NCBI GenBank assembly: GCA_001775255.1
Contig: MFCJ01000037.1
Location: 1 to 36,847, forward strand
Length of the DNA stretch: 36,847 nt
Direction of reading: 5' to 3'
Source: Candidatus Dadabacteria bacterium RIFCSPHIGHO2_12_FULL_53_21
Lineage (GTDB): Bacteria > Desulfobacterota_D > UBA1144 > Nemesobacterales > UBA2774
This document shows positions 24,962 to 34,870 of this stretch, in pieces. How positions within the stretch are numbered: the stretch's first letter is position 1; every line of letters starts with the position of its first letter. The position numbers and the translations under genes are program-made. The notes below the pieces were generated by a model. It searched no databases and was not told the origin of the DNA. It worked only from the letters and a program-made list of their open reading frames with translations.

Positions 24962-25389
24962 TATTGTATTGTACGGCTTGAAATATCGTCCTCTGACTGC
25001 TGCACTGCATCCTCACCGATGGAGATAATCTCATAAGTTCCGTCCCCTGTCTGGTCGGGCCCTATGTATATGAACTCGCTTTTCCAGCCGTCCTTGGGGA
25101 CCTGGTCACCGTCCAGGTATCCGTCCTTTGCGTAACAGCAAGGCTCTCTCCCGCTCGTCGGCTGCTGTATCAGGGCGATAAGCCCCTGTTGTGTCTCGGG
25201 GTAGAATCCGTTATCCAGCTTAAAGAGCTTCAGCGCCGACTCCAGGTTTTTTATCTGGATCTTGGTCTCCTCTTTCTTGGCCTCTCCGAACCTTCCGATC
25301 ACATTCGTGCCCACGATGTATGCGAGCCCGGCTATGATCAGGAGCACGACCATAATTTCAATAAGCGTAAAACCACCTTCAGATCTCAT
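24961..25389 (-). CDS. gspG: Type II secretion system major pseudopilin GspG
   Basis: 142-aa ORF. MRSEGGFTLIEIMVVLLIIAGL, LESALKLFKLDNGFYPETQQGLIALIQQP and DGW...Y match the GspG consensus. Confidence 0.9.
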   Translation of the reverse strand: MRSEGGFTLIEIMVVLLIIAGLAYIVGTNVIGRFGEAKKEETKIQIKNLESALKLFKLDNGFYPETQQGLIALIQQPTSGREPCCYAKDGYLDGDQVPKDGWKSEFIYIGPDQTGDGTYEIISIGEDAVQQSEDDISSRTIQ

Positions 25390-25403
25390 AACTCTTACCT
25401 CCT

Positions 25404-26609
25404 TTATCCGATAGTTGATGTCAAATTAAATATTGGCAGCAGCACGGCGAATACGATGAACCCCATCACGGCGCCTATTATTAAAATCATAACAGGTTCA
25501 AGAAGAGAAGTAAGGGTCGATACCATTGTTTCGACCTGCTGGTCGTAGATGTCCGCGACTTTCGTGAGCATCTCCTCCATTTCACCGGTTTGCTCCCCGA
25601 CGGCTATCATTCGTGTAACGAGCGGCGGGAATACCCCGCTGTCCCTGAGCGGTTTCGCCAGGCTCGTCCCCTCCCTTACATTGGACCTGACCTCTTCGAG
25701 CGTCTTGCTGTAGACCCGGTTGTCCAAAACGGCTTCGCCTATTTTGAGCGCGTCGAGGAGCGGTATGCCGCTCGCAAGGAGCGTACCCAGGGTGCGTGTG
25801 AACCTCGATATCACGACCATGGAGTTTATTTTCCCGAATACGGGCAGTTTGAGAGACAACCTGTCGAAAAACATCCTGCCGCGGGCCGTCTGATTAAACC
25901 GGTAGGCCAGGAAAAAGAGTACCGGGAGCAATATAAGGATGAGCAGTATGTTATTGCTGAAAAATCCGCTTACTTTTATCAGTATTACCGTCATGACGGG
26001 CAGAGCCTTCTGGCTGTCCTCGAATATCTTCGCGATCCTGGGTATTACATAAGTCATCGTGAAGAAGAGCACTCCGCCGCCTATGAAAAACATGAATATC
26101 GGGTATATAAGCGCGCTCTTTACCTTGGAAGACAGGGCGGCCTGTTTTTCAAGAAAATCTGCAAGTCTGAGGAGGACTATGTCGAGCGTGCCGCTCGCCT
26201 CCCCGGCCCTGACTATATTTATGTAGAGGTCGGAGAAAACGCTCCGGTGCTCGTTGAGGGCGTTAGCTAAAGAGCTGCCCTCGCTGACCCTGTCCTTCAC
26301 CTGAGTCAGTATCTCACCCAGCCTCGCGTCCTCCGTTTGTTCGGAGAGGGCGGTCAGAGATGCTTCGAGGGGAAGTCCCGCCGAGATGAGTGTCGAAAAT
26401 TGCCTCGTCGTAATCGCGAGCTCGGAAATTTTAACGCCCCTGAAGAAATTAAAGCTTCTCGCCTTTCCCTGTCTGACTTCGCTAAGGGACGAAAGGAAGA
26501 CACCCTGGCGCTTGAGTTTGTCCGTTGCGCCCTTCGGGGATTCCGCATCTAAGATGCCCTGGACGGTCCGTCCGGTCTCGTCAATAGCTTTATATTTATA
26601 TACGGGCAT
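25404..26609 (-). CDS. gspF: Type II secretion system inner-membrane platform protein GspF
   Basis: 401-aa ORF starting MPVYKYKAIDETGRTVQG, with duplicated T2SS-F domains and three TM segments. Confidence 0.9.
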   Translation of the reverse strand: MPVYKYKAIDETGRTVQGILDAESPKGATDKLKRQGVFLSSLSEVRQGKARSFNFFRGVKISELAITTRQFSTLISAGLPLEASLTALSEQTEDARLGEILTQVKDRVSEGSSLANALNEHRSVFSDLYINIVRAGEASGTLDIVLLRLADFLEKQAALSSKVKSALIYPIFMFFIGGGVLFFTMTYVIPRIAKIFEDSQKALPVMTVILIKVSGFFSNNILLILILLPVLFFLAYRFNQTARGRMFFDRLSLKLPVFGKINSMVVISRFTRTLGTLLASGIPLLDALKIGEAVLDNRVYSKTLEEVRSNVREGTSLAKPLRDSGVFPPLVTRMIAVGEQTGEMEEMLTKVADIYDQQVETMVSTLTSLLEPVMILIIGAVMGFIVFAVLLPIFNLTSTIG

Positions 26610-26664
26610 ATCTTATATATTCTCCGATTCTGTATTTAAAATTGGGGTGATCTGGTTAGGCGGG

Positions 26665-28344
26665 TTAGATAATGCTTTCCTCTTCTGTAACCCTCATGAC
26701 CTCGTCGACCGAAGTCAAGCCCCTTGCCACTTTCTCAGCCCCGTCCATCCTGAGCGTGGTCATTCCGTGCTCCATTGCCTTTCTCTTGATCTTTGTAGAG
26801 TCGACCTGACTGAGGGTCAGGTTCCTGATATCGTCGTTGATCATCAGCATCTCGAAAATCCCTGTCCTGCCGCTGTACCCCATGTTAAAGCATTTGTCGC
26901 ACCCCTTCGCCCTGTAAAGCACGCCGTCGTGCAGCTGGCTCCGGCGAAGGCCTATCTTCAATAGTTCGTCGTCATGGGGCTCGTAGGGCTCTTTGCAGTG
27001 GTTGCAAAGGAACCGGAGGAGCCGCTGCGCGATTACGGCCATAAGCGAAGAGGCTACCAGGAACGGCTCGATCTCCATGTCTATAAGCCTCGTGATGGCG
27101 CTCGCCGAATCGTTCGTGTGCAGGGTGGAGAAAACGAGGTGTCCCGTGAGCGACGCGTGGATGGCTATATCCGCGGTCTCTCTGTCCCTTATCTCGCCGA
27201 CCAGGATTACGTCCGGGTCCTGCCTGAGTATGGACCTGAGGCCGTTTGCGAAAGTCAGGTTCACTTTGGGGTTAACCTGTATCTGGTTTATCCCCTGAAT
27301 CTGGTATTCTACGGGGTCTTCGACAGTGATGATTTTTTTGTCCGGTGAGTTAATCCTTTCGAGGCCGGCGTATAGCGAAGTCGTTTTACCGCTGCCGGTG
27401 GGGCCGGTGACCAGTATGATGCCGTGAGGACGCAGTATCAGACCCTCGAAAATGTGTAGTTTCTTTCCGGCGAGCCCGAGGTCTTCAAGAGTCAGGAGCA
27501 CGGAGGATCTGTCGAGGATCCTCATTACTACGCTCTCCCCCCACGTGGTCGGAACGGTCGATATACGGACATCGACATCCCTGCCCGCGACCTTGACTCT
27601 GATCCTTCCGTCCTGGGGTTTCCTCTTCTCGGCGATGTCGAGCTCGGCCATGATCTTGACCCTCGAAATAATAGATGCCTGGAGTTTTTTCGGCACGGAA
27701 GTTATCTCATGGAGTATGCCGTCCTTTCTGAACCTGACGGACAGCTCCTTTTCGAAGCACTCGAGATGTATATCGCTCGCTTTCTCCTTTACCGCCTGAA
27801 AGAGGAGAGAATTGACGAACTTGATAATAGGGGCTTCGTCTTCGGCTTCGAGGAGGTCTTTAGGCTCCTGAAGGTCGTATTCCGAAATACCGGTCGAATC
27901 GTCTTCGATCCCTTCCGTCATCTCCTTGCCGCGCTCGTAGACCCGGTTAATGGTGTCGAGGACGATGTGGTTAAGCGCGAGTACGGGTTCGATTTCGCAC
28001 CCGAAGAGTGACTGGACTTCATCGAGGGCGTAAAGGTCGAGCGGCGGGGACATGATTATAACTACCTTTCCGTTCTTCCTCTGAAACGGTATAAGCCGGA
28101 ATTTTTTTGCGAAGCTTATCGGCAGCGTCTTTACGAGCTCCGTGTCTATTTCCCGCTCGGATATTGTGAGAGTATATGGGAATTCATAGAACTCGGAGAG
28201 CACCTCCAGGACTTCCTTCTCGTCGAGGACTCTCGACTTGATTAATACTTCCTCGAGGCTTTCTCCGTTTTTCGATAATAACTCATCAATCTTAATCAGT
28301 GCGGCGGGATTCCGCTCGCCTATTATTTCCTGAATGCTTTTCAT
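26665..28344 (-). CDS. gspE: Type II secretion system ATPase GspE
   Basis: The ORF-track frame reaches 28458 but overlaps gspD. I start it at the ATG at 28344 (MKSIQEII). It has the N-terminal T2SE_Nter-like domain, Walker A GPTGSGKTT, the Asp/His boxes and the tetracysteine motif CNHC...CDKC. Confidence 0.92.
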   Translation of the reverse strand: MKSIQEIIGERNPAALIKIDELLSKNGESLEEVLIKSRVLDEKEVLEVLSEFYEFPYTLTISEREIDTELVKTLPISFAKKFRLIPFQRKNGKVVIIMSPPLDLYALDEVQSLFGCEIEPVLALNHIVLDTINRVYERGKEMTEGIEDDSTGISEYDLQEPKDLLEAEDEAPIIKFVNSLLFQAVKEKASDIHLECFEKELSVRFRKDGILHEITSVPKKLQASIISRVKIMAELDIAEKRKPQDGRIRVKVAGRDVDVRISTVPTTWGESVVMRILDRSSVLLTLEDLGLAGKKLHIFEGLILRPHGIILVTGPTGSGKTTSLYAGLERINSPDKKIITVEDPVEYQIQGINQIQVNPKVNLTFANGLRSILRQDPDVILVGEIRDRETADIAIHASLTGHLVFSTLHTNDSASAITRLIDMEIEPFLVASSLMAVIAQRLLRFLCNHCKEPYEPHDDELLKIGLRRSQLHDGVLYRAKGCDKCFNMGYSGRTGIFEMLMINDDIRNLTLSQVDSTKIKRKAMEHGMTTLRMDGAEKVARGLTSVDEVMRVTEEESII

Positions 28345-28360
28345 ATCATCAAATTTAAGA

Positions 28361-31090
28361 TCAGTTATTATCCTCCCTGTTGAAGCCCCTCTCCTGTAAA
28401 AGCATATTGCGTCTTTGCCTTTCTTCAAGTATCCGCTGCATGTCCTGCTCGTTCTCAACTATCCGGGGGGTAAGGAGTATCATAAGGTTGATCTTCTGAC
28501 TCTCCCTCTGCTTGAATTTAAACAGGTTGCCCAGCACGGGTATATTGCCCAGCACAGGCACCCTGTTCTGGATGACGCTCTCCCTGTCCTGCACGAGTCC
28601 GCCTATTACGATCGTCTGCCCGTTCTTTACGACGACGGAGGAGTCGGCTGTCCTGGTCGTGGTGGCGATACCGAATTCTGCGGTATTCAGCCCCTGTACC
28701 GGAGCCTGTCTGATCGCCGAAACTTCTGTAAGAATATTGAGGTTCAGGAAGTCACCCTCACTGATCTGCGGGACTATGGATAACCTTATGCCGACGGGTT
28801 CACGCTGGATTGTCTGTACCGTTACACCGCTGTCCCCGACCGTGCTCCCTGTGGGGAACGGTATGACGTCAGCGACTATGATTTCCGCGGGTTCGTTGTC
28901 AGTGGTGATAATGCTCGGTGTCGACAGCACATTTACATCGGTAAGTGAGGTCAGTGCCTGGAAAAGGGCGGTGAACGAAGGTATCGGCGGTATGGGGCCC
29001 GATCCGTCCACGTCGACTTCCTGACCTACAACACCCAGAAAGAGGCCCGAGAGGCTGCCTAAAACGTTCACGGATGCCTCAGGGTCGGCTGCTACGCCGA
29101 GAAGGCTGGGGACTCCGGGCAGTATTGTCCCGCCGAAGCCCAGGGTATCGCCGTTAACCGTAAACCCGATACTCAGGTTGGTCCCGAACGATCTGATTTT
29201 ATCCAGGCTGACTTCGAGAATCGCAGCTTCCACGAATACCTGCTTTCTCCTGACGTCCAGTTCTTCGATTACTTCCTTGATCGTTTCATAATCCCTTCTC
29301 GAGCCGATAAAAATAATGGAATTCGTCGATGGGTCCGACGTGACTCTCAACTCGTCCGTCTCCGCTACCACCGCCGAGCTGCTCCCTACCCCTCTCTCGA
29401 TCGCCTGCCTGCTCGTGGAAGTGTTTGATCCGATTCCTGTCGTAGAGGATCCGAGCCCCGAGTCCGATCCGAAGCCTGAGGTCCTTTGATTCCTGTCGGC
29501 CCCGAGTCCGGTCCTTGCCCCGCCCCCTCCGAACAGGCTCGCGAGCACTGCCACGATCGATTCGGCGTCGGCATTCAAAACCCGTATAACGTAGATGCCC
29601 TCTTCAGGCTCGGCGGTCTCCACGTCGAGTATCTCTATGACGGCTTTAATTTTTTTCATGTCGTCCGGATATGAAATGACTATCAGAGAGTTGGTCCTCT
29701 CGTCCGTGATTACCTTAAATCCCACTGCAGAGGTTTCAGTGGTAGATTGGGATGTAATCGCAGGGGCTTCCGACCTGTTCTCGGATCCGGGAAGGCTGCG
29801 TGTGCGTGTGGCCGACTGTCTTTGCGACTGCTGGGCCTGTGCCGGGGCGCTCGATTTCGACGAAGCCGTTCCGCCGAATATTTCGACGAGCTTAGCCGCT
29901 ACCTCCGCAGCATCGGCGTTATGTATCTTAATGAATTCGATTTCGGTCTCTACGTCCAGGTTCTCGATTATTTTCAGGATCCGGTTCAGGTTGTCCACTG
30001 TTTCCACAATAATGAGCGTGTTCGTCGCCGGATACACTACTATATCACCCTCTCGGGAAATCAGAGGCTTCAGAATATTCGCCGCCTCGCTCGCCTGTAT
30101 GTTTTTAAGCTGGATCAGTCTCGTTATAAAACTGTCGGAGGACTCACCTAACTCCGTGCCTATTTCGGTAGGTATGCTGGTTATTTTTATGTCCCTCTTG
30201 GGCACGATTATATTGGTGCCTTCCTTTTTGACCACCGAGAACCCGTTCAGGCTCAGGATCGTTTCAAAGAGCCTCATTGCGTTCTCTTTTTTAAACCCTC
30301 CGGGCGCAATTACCGTGACCTTCTTTCCCTTCACCGACTCGTCGAGAATGAAGTTTTGTCCCGTGATTTCGCTGATGGTTTGAATCAGGTCCTGGACGTC
30401 CATTTCCGACTGCAGGTTTACTATCTCGCCGTCGGTTACGATGATTTCGGGTTTTTGTTCGTCTGCCCCGGTTTCCTCCCCTGTTTCAGGAGGGGGCTGA
30501 GTCCCGGTTTCTTTGTCCTTGGGCGGCGACTTCTGAAAATTCGGCCTCTCGCGGGTGTTTTGTCTGCGCGGATTCGGTGTCTGCTGCCGGTATTGTTCTT
30601 TTTGCTCGAGGAGTTTCTGTCTCCTCTGTTCGATTTCGGCCTGTCTGTCTGATGTGGGCTGATCAGACGCGTCCTGGTTATAGGCGGGGTCCTGGTCGCC
30701 GAGAGATTGAGTCATGGTCTCGGAATCACCCGGTCCGCCGTAAGGAGCGTAGGTGTCATTGCCTGCTATATTGAGTCTTCCGGTATCGCTCTGGACCGGT
30801 ATGTCGATATACTCGCCGACCGACAACACATCGCTTGTCAGGCCGTTTATCTCTTTTAACTGCTTGACCGATACTTGAAACCTTTCTGCGATTTGAGATA
30901 AGGTGTCGCCTTCCTGTACCTTGTAGCTGGGGTCCTCATTCTGTGACTGTAAAATAGACTCTTCATTCTCTAGCTCGGTTGTTTGCGCCGTGTTCTCTTT
31001 GATTGTTGTTTTTTCGTGGTCGGTGTTGACATAGACGTATAGAGTTAGCAGGAATCCAAGAATCAGAATATTGATCAGCAATCCTCTCAT
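28361..31090 (-). CDS. gspD: Type II secretion system secretin GspD with an N-terminal LysM domain and a long low-complexity linker
   Basis: 909-aa ORF. LysM: YKVQEGDTLSQIAERFQVSVKQLKEINGL...VGEYIDIPV (aa 56-99, nt 30794-30925). A Q/E/P/R-rich linker of about 115 aa follows, then N0-N3-like repeats. The C-terminal secretin core includes VVVKNGQTIVIGGL and VPVLGNIPVLGNLF. Confidence 0.9.
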   Translation of the reverse strand: MRGLLINILILGFLLTLYVYVNTDHEKTTIKENTAQTTELENEESILQSQNEDPSYKVQEGDTLSQIAERFQVSVKQLKEINGLTSDVLSVGEYIDIPVQSDTGRLNIAGNDTYAPYGGPGDSETMTQSLGDQDPAYNQDASDQPTSDRQAEIEQRRQKLLEQKEQYRQQTPNPRRQNTRERPNFQKSPPKDKETGTQPPPETGEETGADEQKPEIIVTDGEIVNLQSEMDVQDLIQTISEITGQNFILDESVKGKKVTVIAPGGFKKENAMRLFETILSLNGFSVVKKEGTNIIVPKRDIKITSIPTEIGTELGESSDSFITRLIQLKNIQASEAANILKPLISREGDIVVYPATNTLIIVETVDNLNRILKIIENLDVETEIEFIKIHNADAAEVAAKLVEIFGGTASSKSSAPAQAQQSQRQSATRTRSLPGSENRSEAPAITSQSTTETSAVGFKVITDERTNSLIVISYPDDMKKIKAVIEILDVETAEPEEGIYVIRVLNADAESIVAVLASLFGGGGARTGLGADRNQRTSGFGSDSGLGSSTTGIGSNTSTSRQAIERGVGSSSAVVAETDELRVTSDPSTNSIIFIGSRRDYETIKEVIEELDVRRKQVFVEAAILEVSLDKIRSFGTNLSIGFTVNGDTLGFGGTILPGVPSLLGVAADPEASVNVLGSLSGLFLGVVGQEVDVDGSGPIPPIPSFTALFQALTSLTDVNVLSTPSIITTDNEPAEIIVADVIPFPTGSTVGDSGVTVQTIQREPVGIRLSIVPQISEGDFLNLNILTEVSAIRQAPVQGLNTAEFGIATTTRTADSSVVVKNGQTIVIGGLVQDRESVIQNRVPVLGNIPVLGNLFKFKQRESQKINLMILLTPRIVENEQDMQRILEERQRRNMLLQERGFNREDNN

Positions 31091-31204
31091 TATTCGGTCC
31101 TCACACTCTGTGCGGGCTCTTCTCCGTCTCTGCTTGAATAATCAGATCCCGTACGGGGCACATAATCCAATATCGGCAATGAAACCGAACATCCGGACTC
31201 TCTT

Positions 31205-32137
31205 CTATTTAACATTGTACTCATAAGTGTACTGTTTACCAGCCCTGGTAAAATCAATCGTGAAATTGCTCTGGGACCTCAGTTCTTCAAACACACTAAG
31301 GGCCTTCTCCACATCGTTCAATTCGACGTTGTTTATTTTGTGAAGGGTGTCCCCGTTTTTAATTCCGATCTTCCAGAAAATGCTGTTCGACCTGATGCCG
31401 AAAAACCTGAGTCCGTCCTCCTGAGGTATTACGCGCGCCTGCTGTATTATGTTTGTAGGATCGCTGAGCACATCTTCAAGCAGCTCCCTGCTGATCTCAT
31501 ATTCATTCTCTCCGACCTTGCTTATCCCTTCGTTGTCCAAAGAGTCCGCCGAGCTTCCTGAATCGAGACCCCTCGCCTGAGTTCTTTTGCCCGAGGGGCC
31601 CGCAGGGGAAGTGGAAGCTATTTCTCCAAGGTCTTTGCATTTAATCGTTTCCCGGCCGGTCCTTTGCCGTTCTATGACTACCCTGCAATTCATTATTTCT
31701 ATTACCTTCACGTCATCCGACTTGATAATGTCTACGACTTCACCGCTGCGGTAGCCGTTAACCTTGTTATCATCGGGGTTCTTTATGATCGCGACTGAGG
31801 AGGCGTCATGGTTGATGATCGTCCCGAGGAGGACTATGTTGAGCGTGCTGTCAGGCAGGGCTTCCTGACTTCCCGCGGGCAACCCCGCGTCTGATAAATT
31901 CGTAATACCGAATATGTTTCTCTTAAGAATGACATGATAGTAGGAAATTGCGCGTTTAGCGCTCGATTCCGGTTTGCTCTCCCTATCGTCCAGAAATTTT
32001 TGAGATGCCGCAGCGCGCGGGGAGCTTATCATGCCTTCGATTTTCTGGTTTACGGTGACAGCCGCCAAATAAGCTAGTCCCGTAAGGAGGCTTAAGTTTA
32101 TAACCCACACATATTTTTTTAAAATCGTAACAAGCAT
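31205..32137 (-). CDS. gspC: Type II secretion system protein GspC (N-terminal TM, C-terminal PDZ)
   Basis: 310-aa ORF with a TM anchor (VWVINLSLLTGLAYLAAV), the ILKRNIFG motif and a C-terminal PDZ-like block (GLRFFGIRSNSIFWKIGIKNGDTLHKINN). It is the first gene of the gsp operon. Confidence 0.75.
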   Translation of the reverse strand: MLVTILKKYVWVINLSLLTGLAYLAAVTVNQKIEGMISSPRAAASQKFLDDRESKPESSAKRAISYYHVILKRNIFGITNLSDAGLPAGSQEALPDSTLNIVLLGTIINHDASSVAIIKNPDDNKVNGYRSGEVVDIIKSDDVKVIEIMNCRVVIERQRTGRETIKCKDLGEIASTSPAGPSGKRTQARGLDSGSSADSLDNEGISKVGENEYEISRELLEDVLSDPTNIIQQARVIPQEDGLRFFGIRSNSIFWKIGIKNGDTLHKINNVELNDVEKALSVFEELRSQSNFTIDFTRAGKQYTYEYNVK

Positions 32138-32165
32138 TTAAGTAGAGAGGTTAATTTTACCTAAA

Positions 32166-32194
32166 AAAATAAAGTTTTTTACTTTATATGTCAA
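32166..32194 (-). promoter_or_regulatory. Candidate promoter of the gsp operon
   Basis: Minus strand: TTGACA (32194-32189), 17-nt spacer, TATTTT (32171-32166), in an AT-rich gap upstream of gspC. The -10 is weak and the leader would be very short. Confidence 0.3.
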
Positions 32195-32442
32195 GCAAAA
32201 CTTGTTTGCATGAATAATAAACCAGAATTTGCCTTTAAAAGCCGTCTCCCATTGCTTTATTGGTGAGGCGGTAACGAACCTCGCTCGCATATTTCTGAAA
32301 ATCGAGCTCGATGCGGCAGCGTCTCGAATTTTCAATTCAACAAAATAAACAATGGTATAGGGATGAATTCCCTGCCTCTGAATACAATTTACTTTTTGAT
32401 TTGACAAAAATCAATTCCGGGAAGTCATTTAATTATCAATAT

Positions 32443-33885
32443 TTAATTGATAGTTGAATTGCCCACTGCTCCCGGCCCGCAGCATCCGACCAGCTCGGAC
32501 AGCAGGTTATTCTGGAACTCCTTGGTCTTCCATCCCAGTCCGTTATCCAGAATCGAGAATACCAACACATCTCCCTGTTTTGTAAAAACGTAGCCGGAGA
32601 GGGCCCTTACATTATTGAGATAGCCGGTTTTCGCCATGACCCTGCCCTGGACATCCGACTGCCTGAACCTTTTCTTGAGGGTCCCGTCTACTCCGGCGAT
32701 CGGGAGGGAATCGATAAAGTCGGAGGCAATGATCCTGTTTGTGTAGGCATAACTTAGCACTTCGGTCAAGGTTTTGGGAGAAACACGGTTGAGGAGCGAA
32801 AGGCCCGAGCCGTCGACAACCCTGAATCCGTCTTTAATTCCGATCCTGTTAAGAAATTCCGAAATTACCGACGAACCGTTTTCCCAGGACCCGGGGGCCC
32901 CTTTGAATTCTGCACCGAGTGTTTTTATAAGGTTTTCACCGATTATGTTGACGCTGTTCTTATTGTATTCGGTTATGATCGCGGAGAGCGGATCCGAATA
33001 ATGCGTGTAGAACACGGTGGCCCATCTCGGCACATCGCCCGCTACGACAGGGCCCGATACCTTGATGCCCGCTTCCTCGATAGCGTGTTTGAATACATTG
33101 CCGGTGAGGAGCGTCGGGTTTTGAACGGGGATCTTGAGGAGAACCGATGATTTCGGTCTGATTCTTCCGCCCACGATGATTGTCTGATCGTCCTTCCAGG
33201 TCGTTGTAAGCACGCCCTGCTTAGTACTCGTGACAGCGTTGTTTACTATCGCTATGTTCGAGCCTTCGGGCAGTATTGAGATTGAGGGTTTCTGCCCGGA
33301 CTTGGATGAGGTGACCTTGACCTCTATCGTATTATAGTTGAAGGAAAGCGCGCTTATCGGGGGGCTGTAAAAATCGTCCGTCCATTCTTCTTTCCATCCC
33401 TCAGCACGCCTTGTCCTGCTGAAATACGAATCGTCGACCGTTATTCCGTCTTTTATCTCCTTTATGCCCCTTTTCTTGAGCTGGTAGACGATGAACCCGA
33501 TATGGGGCTCGCCGAGGGTCGGGTCTCCGTAGCCTTTTATGTATAGACCGCCGTGTAGCATTCCTTTCGATATACCGCCCCCGCTCGAGAACTCGGTCTT
33601 GAACCTGTAATCTCTTTTCAGAAGCGAGAGCGACGCCACGGACGTGATTATTTTTTCATTCGAGGCCGGGATGAAGAGGTTCTGCGCGTTGTGCTCGAAG
33701 ATTGTTTCCCCTGAGGTGAGTGACTTGACCACGACGCCGAGCTTGCCGTTGTTCCTCGCTTCCTTGGGAAGCATGGTCGCGATTCTCGCCGTATAGGCGC
33801 TGGTCGAGCTATTGACTGACAGTGCGGTCTGAATTGAAACAGCTATTAGAGTGACCGCGAGCAAGGGAGCGAAATACCATTTCAT
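32443..33885 (-). CDS. dacB: D-alanyl-D-alanine carboxypeptidase/endopeptidase (PBP4, peptidase S13)
   Basis: 480-aa ORF with a signal peptide, the SxxK active site (PASNEKI) and the KTG motif (AKTGYL). The overall length is typical of PBP4. Confidence 0.88.
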   Translation of the reverse strand: MKWYFAPLLAVTLIAVSIQTALSVNSSTSAYTARIATMLPKEARNNGKLGVVVKSLTSGETIFEHNAQNLFIPASNEKIITSVASLSLLKRDYRFKTEFSSGGGISKGMLHGGLYIKGYGDPTLGEPHIGFIVYQLKKRGIKEIKDGITVDDSYFSRTRRAEGWKEEWTDDFYSPPISALSFNYNTIEVKVTSSKSGQKPSISILPEGSNIAIVNNAVTSTKQGVLTTTWKDDQTIIVGGRIRPKSSVLLKIPVQNPTLLTGNVFKHAIEEAGIKVSGPVVAGDVPRWATVFYTHYSDPLSAIITEYNKNSVNIIGENLIKTLGAEFKGAPGSWENGSSVISEFLNRIGIKDGFRVVDGSGLSLLNRVSPKTLTEVLSYAYTNRIIASDFIDSLPIAGVDGTLKKRFRQSDVQGRVMAKTGYLNNVRALSGYVFTKQGDVLVFSILDNGLGWKTKEFQNNLLSELVGCCGPGAVGNSTIN

Positions 33886-34111
33886 CTTAGAAAAAATATT
33901 CTAACACCTCCGTAATTTCATTGCAAAGAAAAATTAAAATCTTATCGGAACTAATCCGATTAGTACAGTATTAATTTCAGCTATTAGCAAGAATTCCGAC
34001 GCGGTCGTATCGCTATTACATTCCCGATTACATTCCCGGCTGTGGAATTAGTGGAACTTGCCACATATGCTATCATTTTCTTTATAAGGAGCGAATAAGG
34101 ACCCGGTAAAA

Positions 34112-34822
34112 GTGTCGATTAAAATAGATAAGGCAAAAAAGGCATTCTTCTTCGATTTCGGCGATACGCTGGCATCGACCGATCCGCCTTTTATCTTCAG
34201 AATCGCCATGGCGATGAGGAAGTCCGGTTTTGATATTACGGACAGGGAATTCGAAGCGGAATACATCAAAGCGGATTACAGGCTCTTTTTGAAGCACAAG
34301 GAGATAGGGCGCATCAGCCCCAGGGAGCACAGGGAATGGTTCTTCCCTATTCTCTATGAATCACTTTCGCCGTCCGCCGATATCGGGAGTTTCCGGGAGA
34401 GGGTCAGAAGGGAGATGAATGAAATCGGTTTTTCAAGGTCTCCGATTCCGGGCGCGGCGGAGCTGCTCGATTACCTGAAAGGGAAAGGTTACCTGCTCGC
34501 CGTAATTTCGAACAACGACGGCTATACGGAGGAGAAGTGCGAGGAAGTCGGGATCAGGCGGTATCTTGATTTCGTCTTCGATTCTACGAAGCTGGATATG
34601 GTCAAACCCGACCGGCGGATCTTCAAATTCGCGGCCGAGAAGATGGGGATTTCTCCCTCGGACGCGGTGCACGTCGGCGATATGTACGGTACGGATGTCA
34701 TGGGGGCCTTAAACGCGGGCTCCGATGTGATATGGTTTAACGGAAGAAGAATGGGGAAATTCGACGACACCGATGTCAAAGAGGTAAGCGAACTGTCCGA
34801 AATAATCGGGCTTGTCGATTAA
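34112..34822 (+). CDS. HAD-superfamily hydrolase (subfamily IA-like)
   Basis: 236-aa ORF with motif I FFFDFGDTL, motif II AVISNN and motif III/IV K...VGDMYGTDV. Confidence 0.8.
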   Translation: MSIKIDKAKKAFFFDFGDTLASTDPPFIFRIAMAMRKSGFDITDREFEAEYIKADYRLFLKHKEIGRISPREHREWFFPILYESLSPSADIGSFRERVRREMNEIGFSRSPIPGAAELLDYLKGKGYLLAVISNNDGYTEEKCEEVGIRRYLDFVFDSTKLDMVKPDRRIFKFAAEKMGISPSDAVHVGDMYGTDVMGALNAGSDVIWFNGRRMGKFDDTDVKEVSELSEIIGLVD

Positions 34823-34847
34823 TTCAACAGCTGGACTGCAAAAACCG

Positions 34848-34870
34848 GCCGTCTCATCGAGGCGGCTTCT
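34848..34870 (+). terminator. Weak hairpin after the HAD gene (possible terminator)
   Basis: GCCGTCTC-atc-GAGGCGGC is an 8-bp stem with one G-U pair, followed only by ttct. The T-tract is poor. Confidence 0.3.

Noticed and set aside
26665-28458. Long form of GspE starting at 28458 (the extra 38 aa read MRTSRTCSGYLKKGK...).
   Set aside because: The extension overlaps the 3' end of gspD by about 100 nt and is Arg/Cys-rich and unlike GspE N-termini. The ATG at 28344 gives a normal MKSIQEII... start, 17 nt after the gspD stop.
32138-32407. 89-aa minus-strand ORF directly upstream of gspC, considered as a missing gsp component.
   Set aside because: The region is very AT-rich, the ORF has no SD and no TM or pseudopilin motif, and the region holds the best promoter candidate for the operon. 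It is more likely non-coding.
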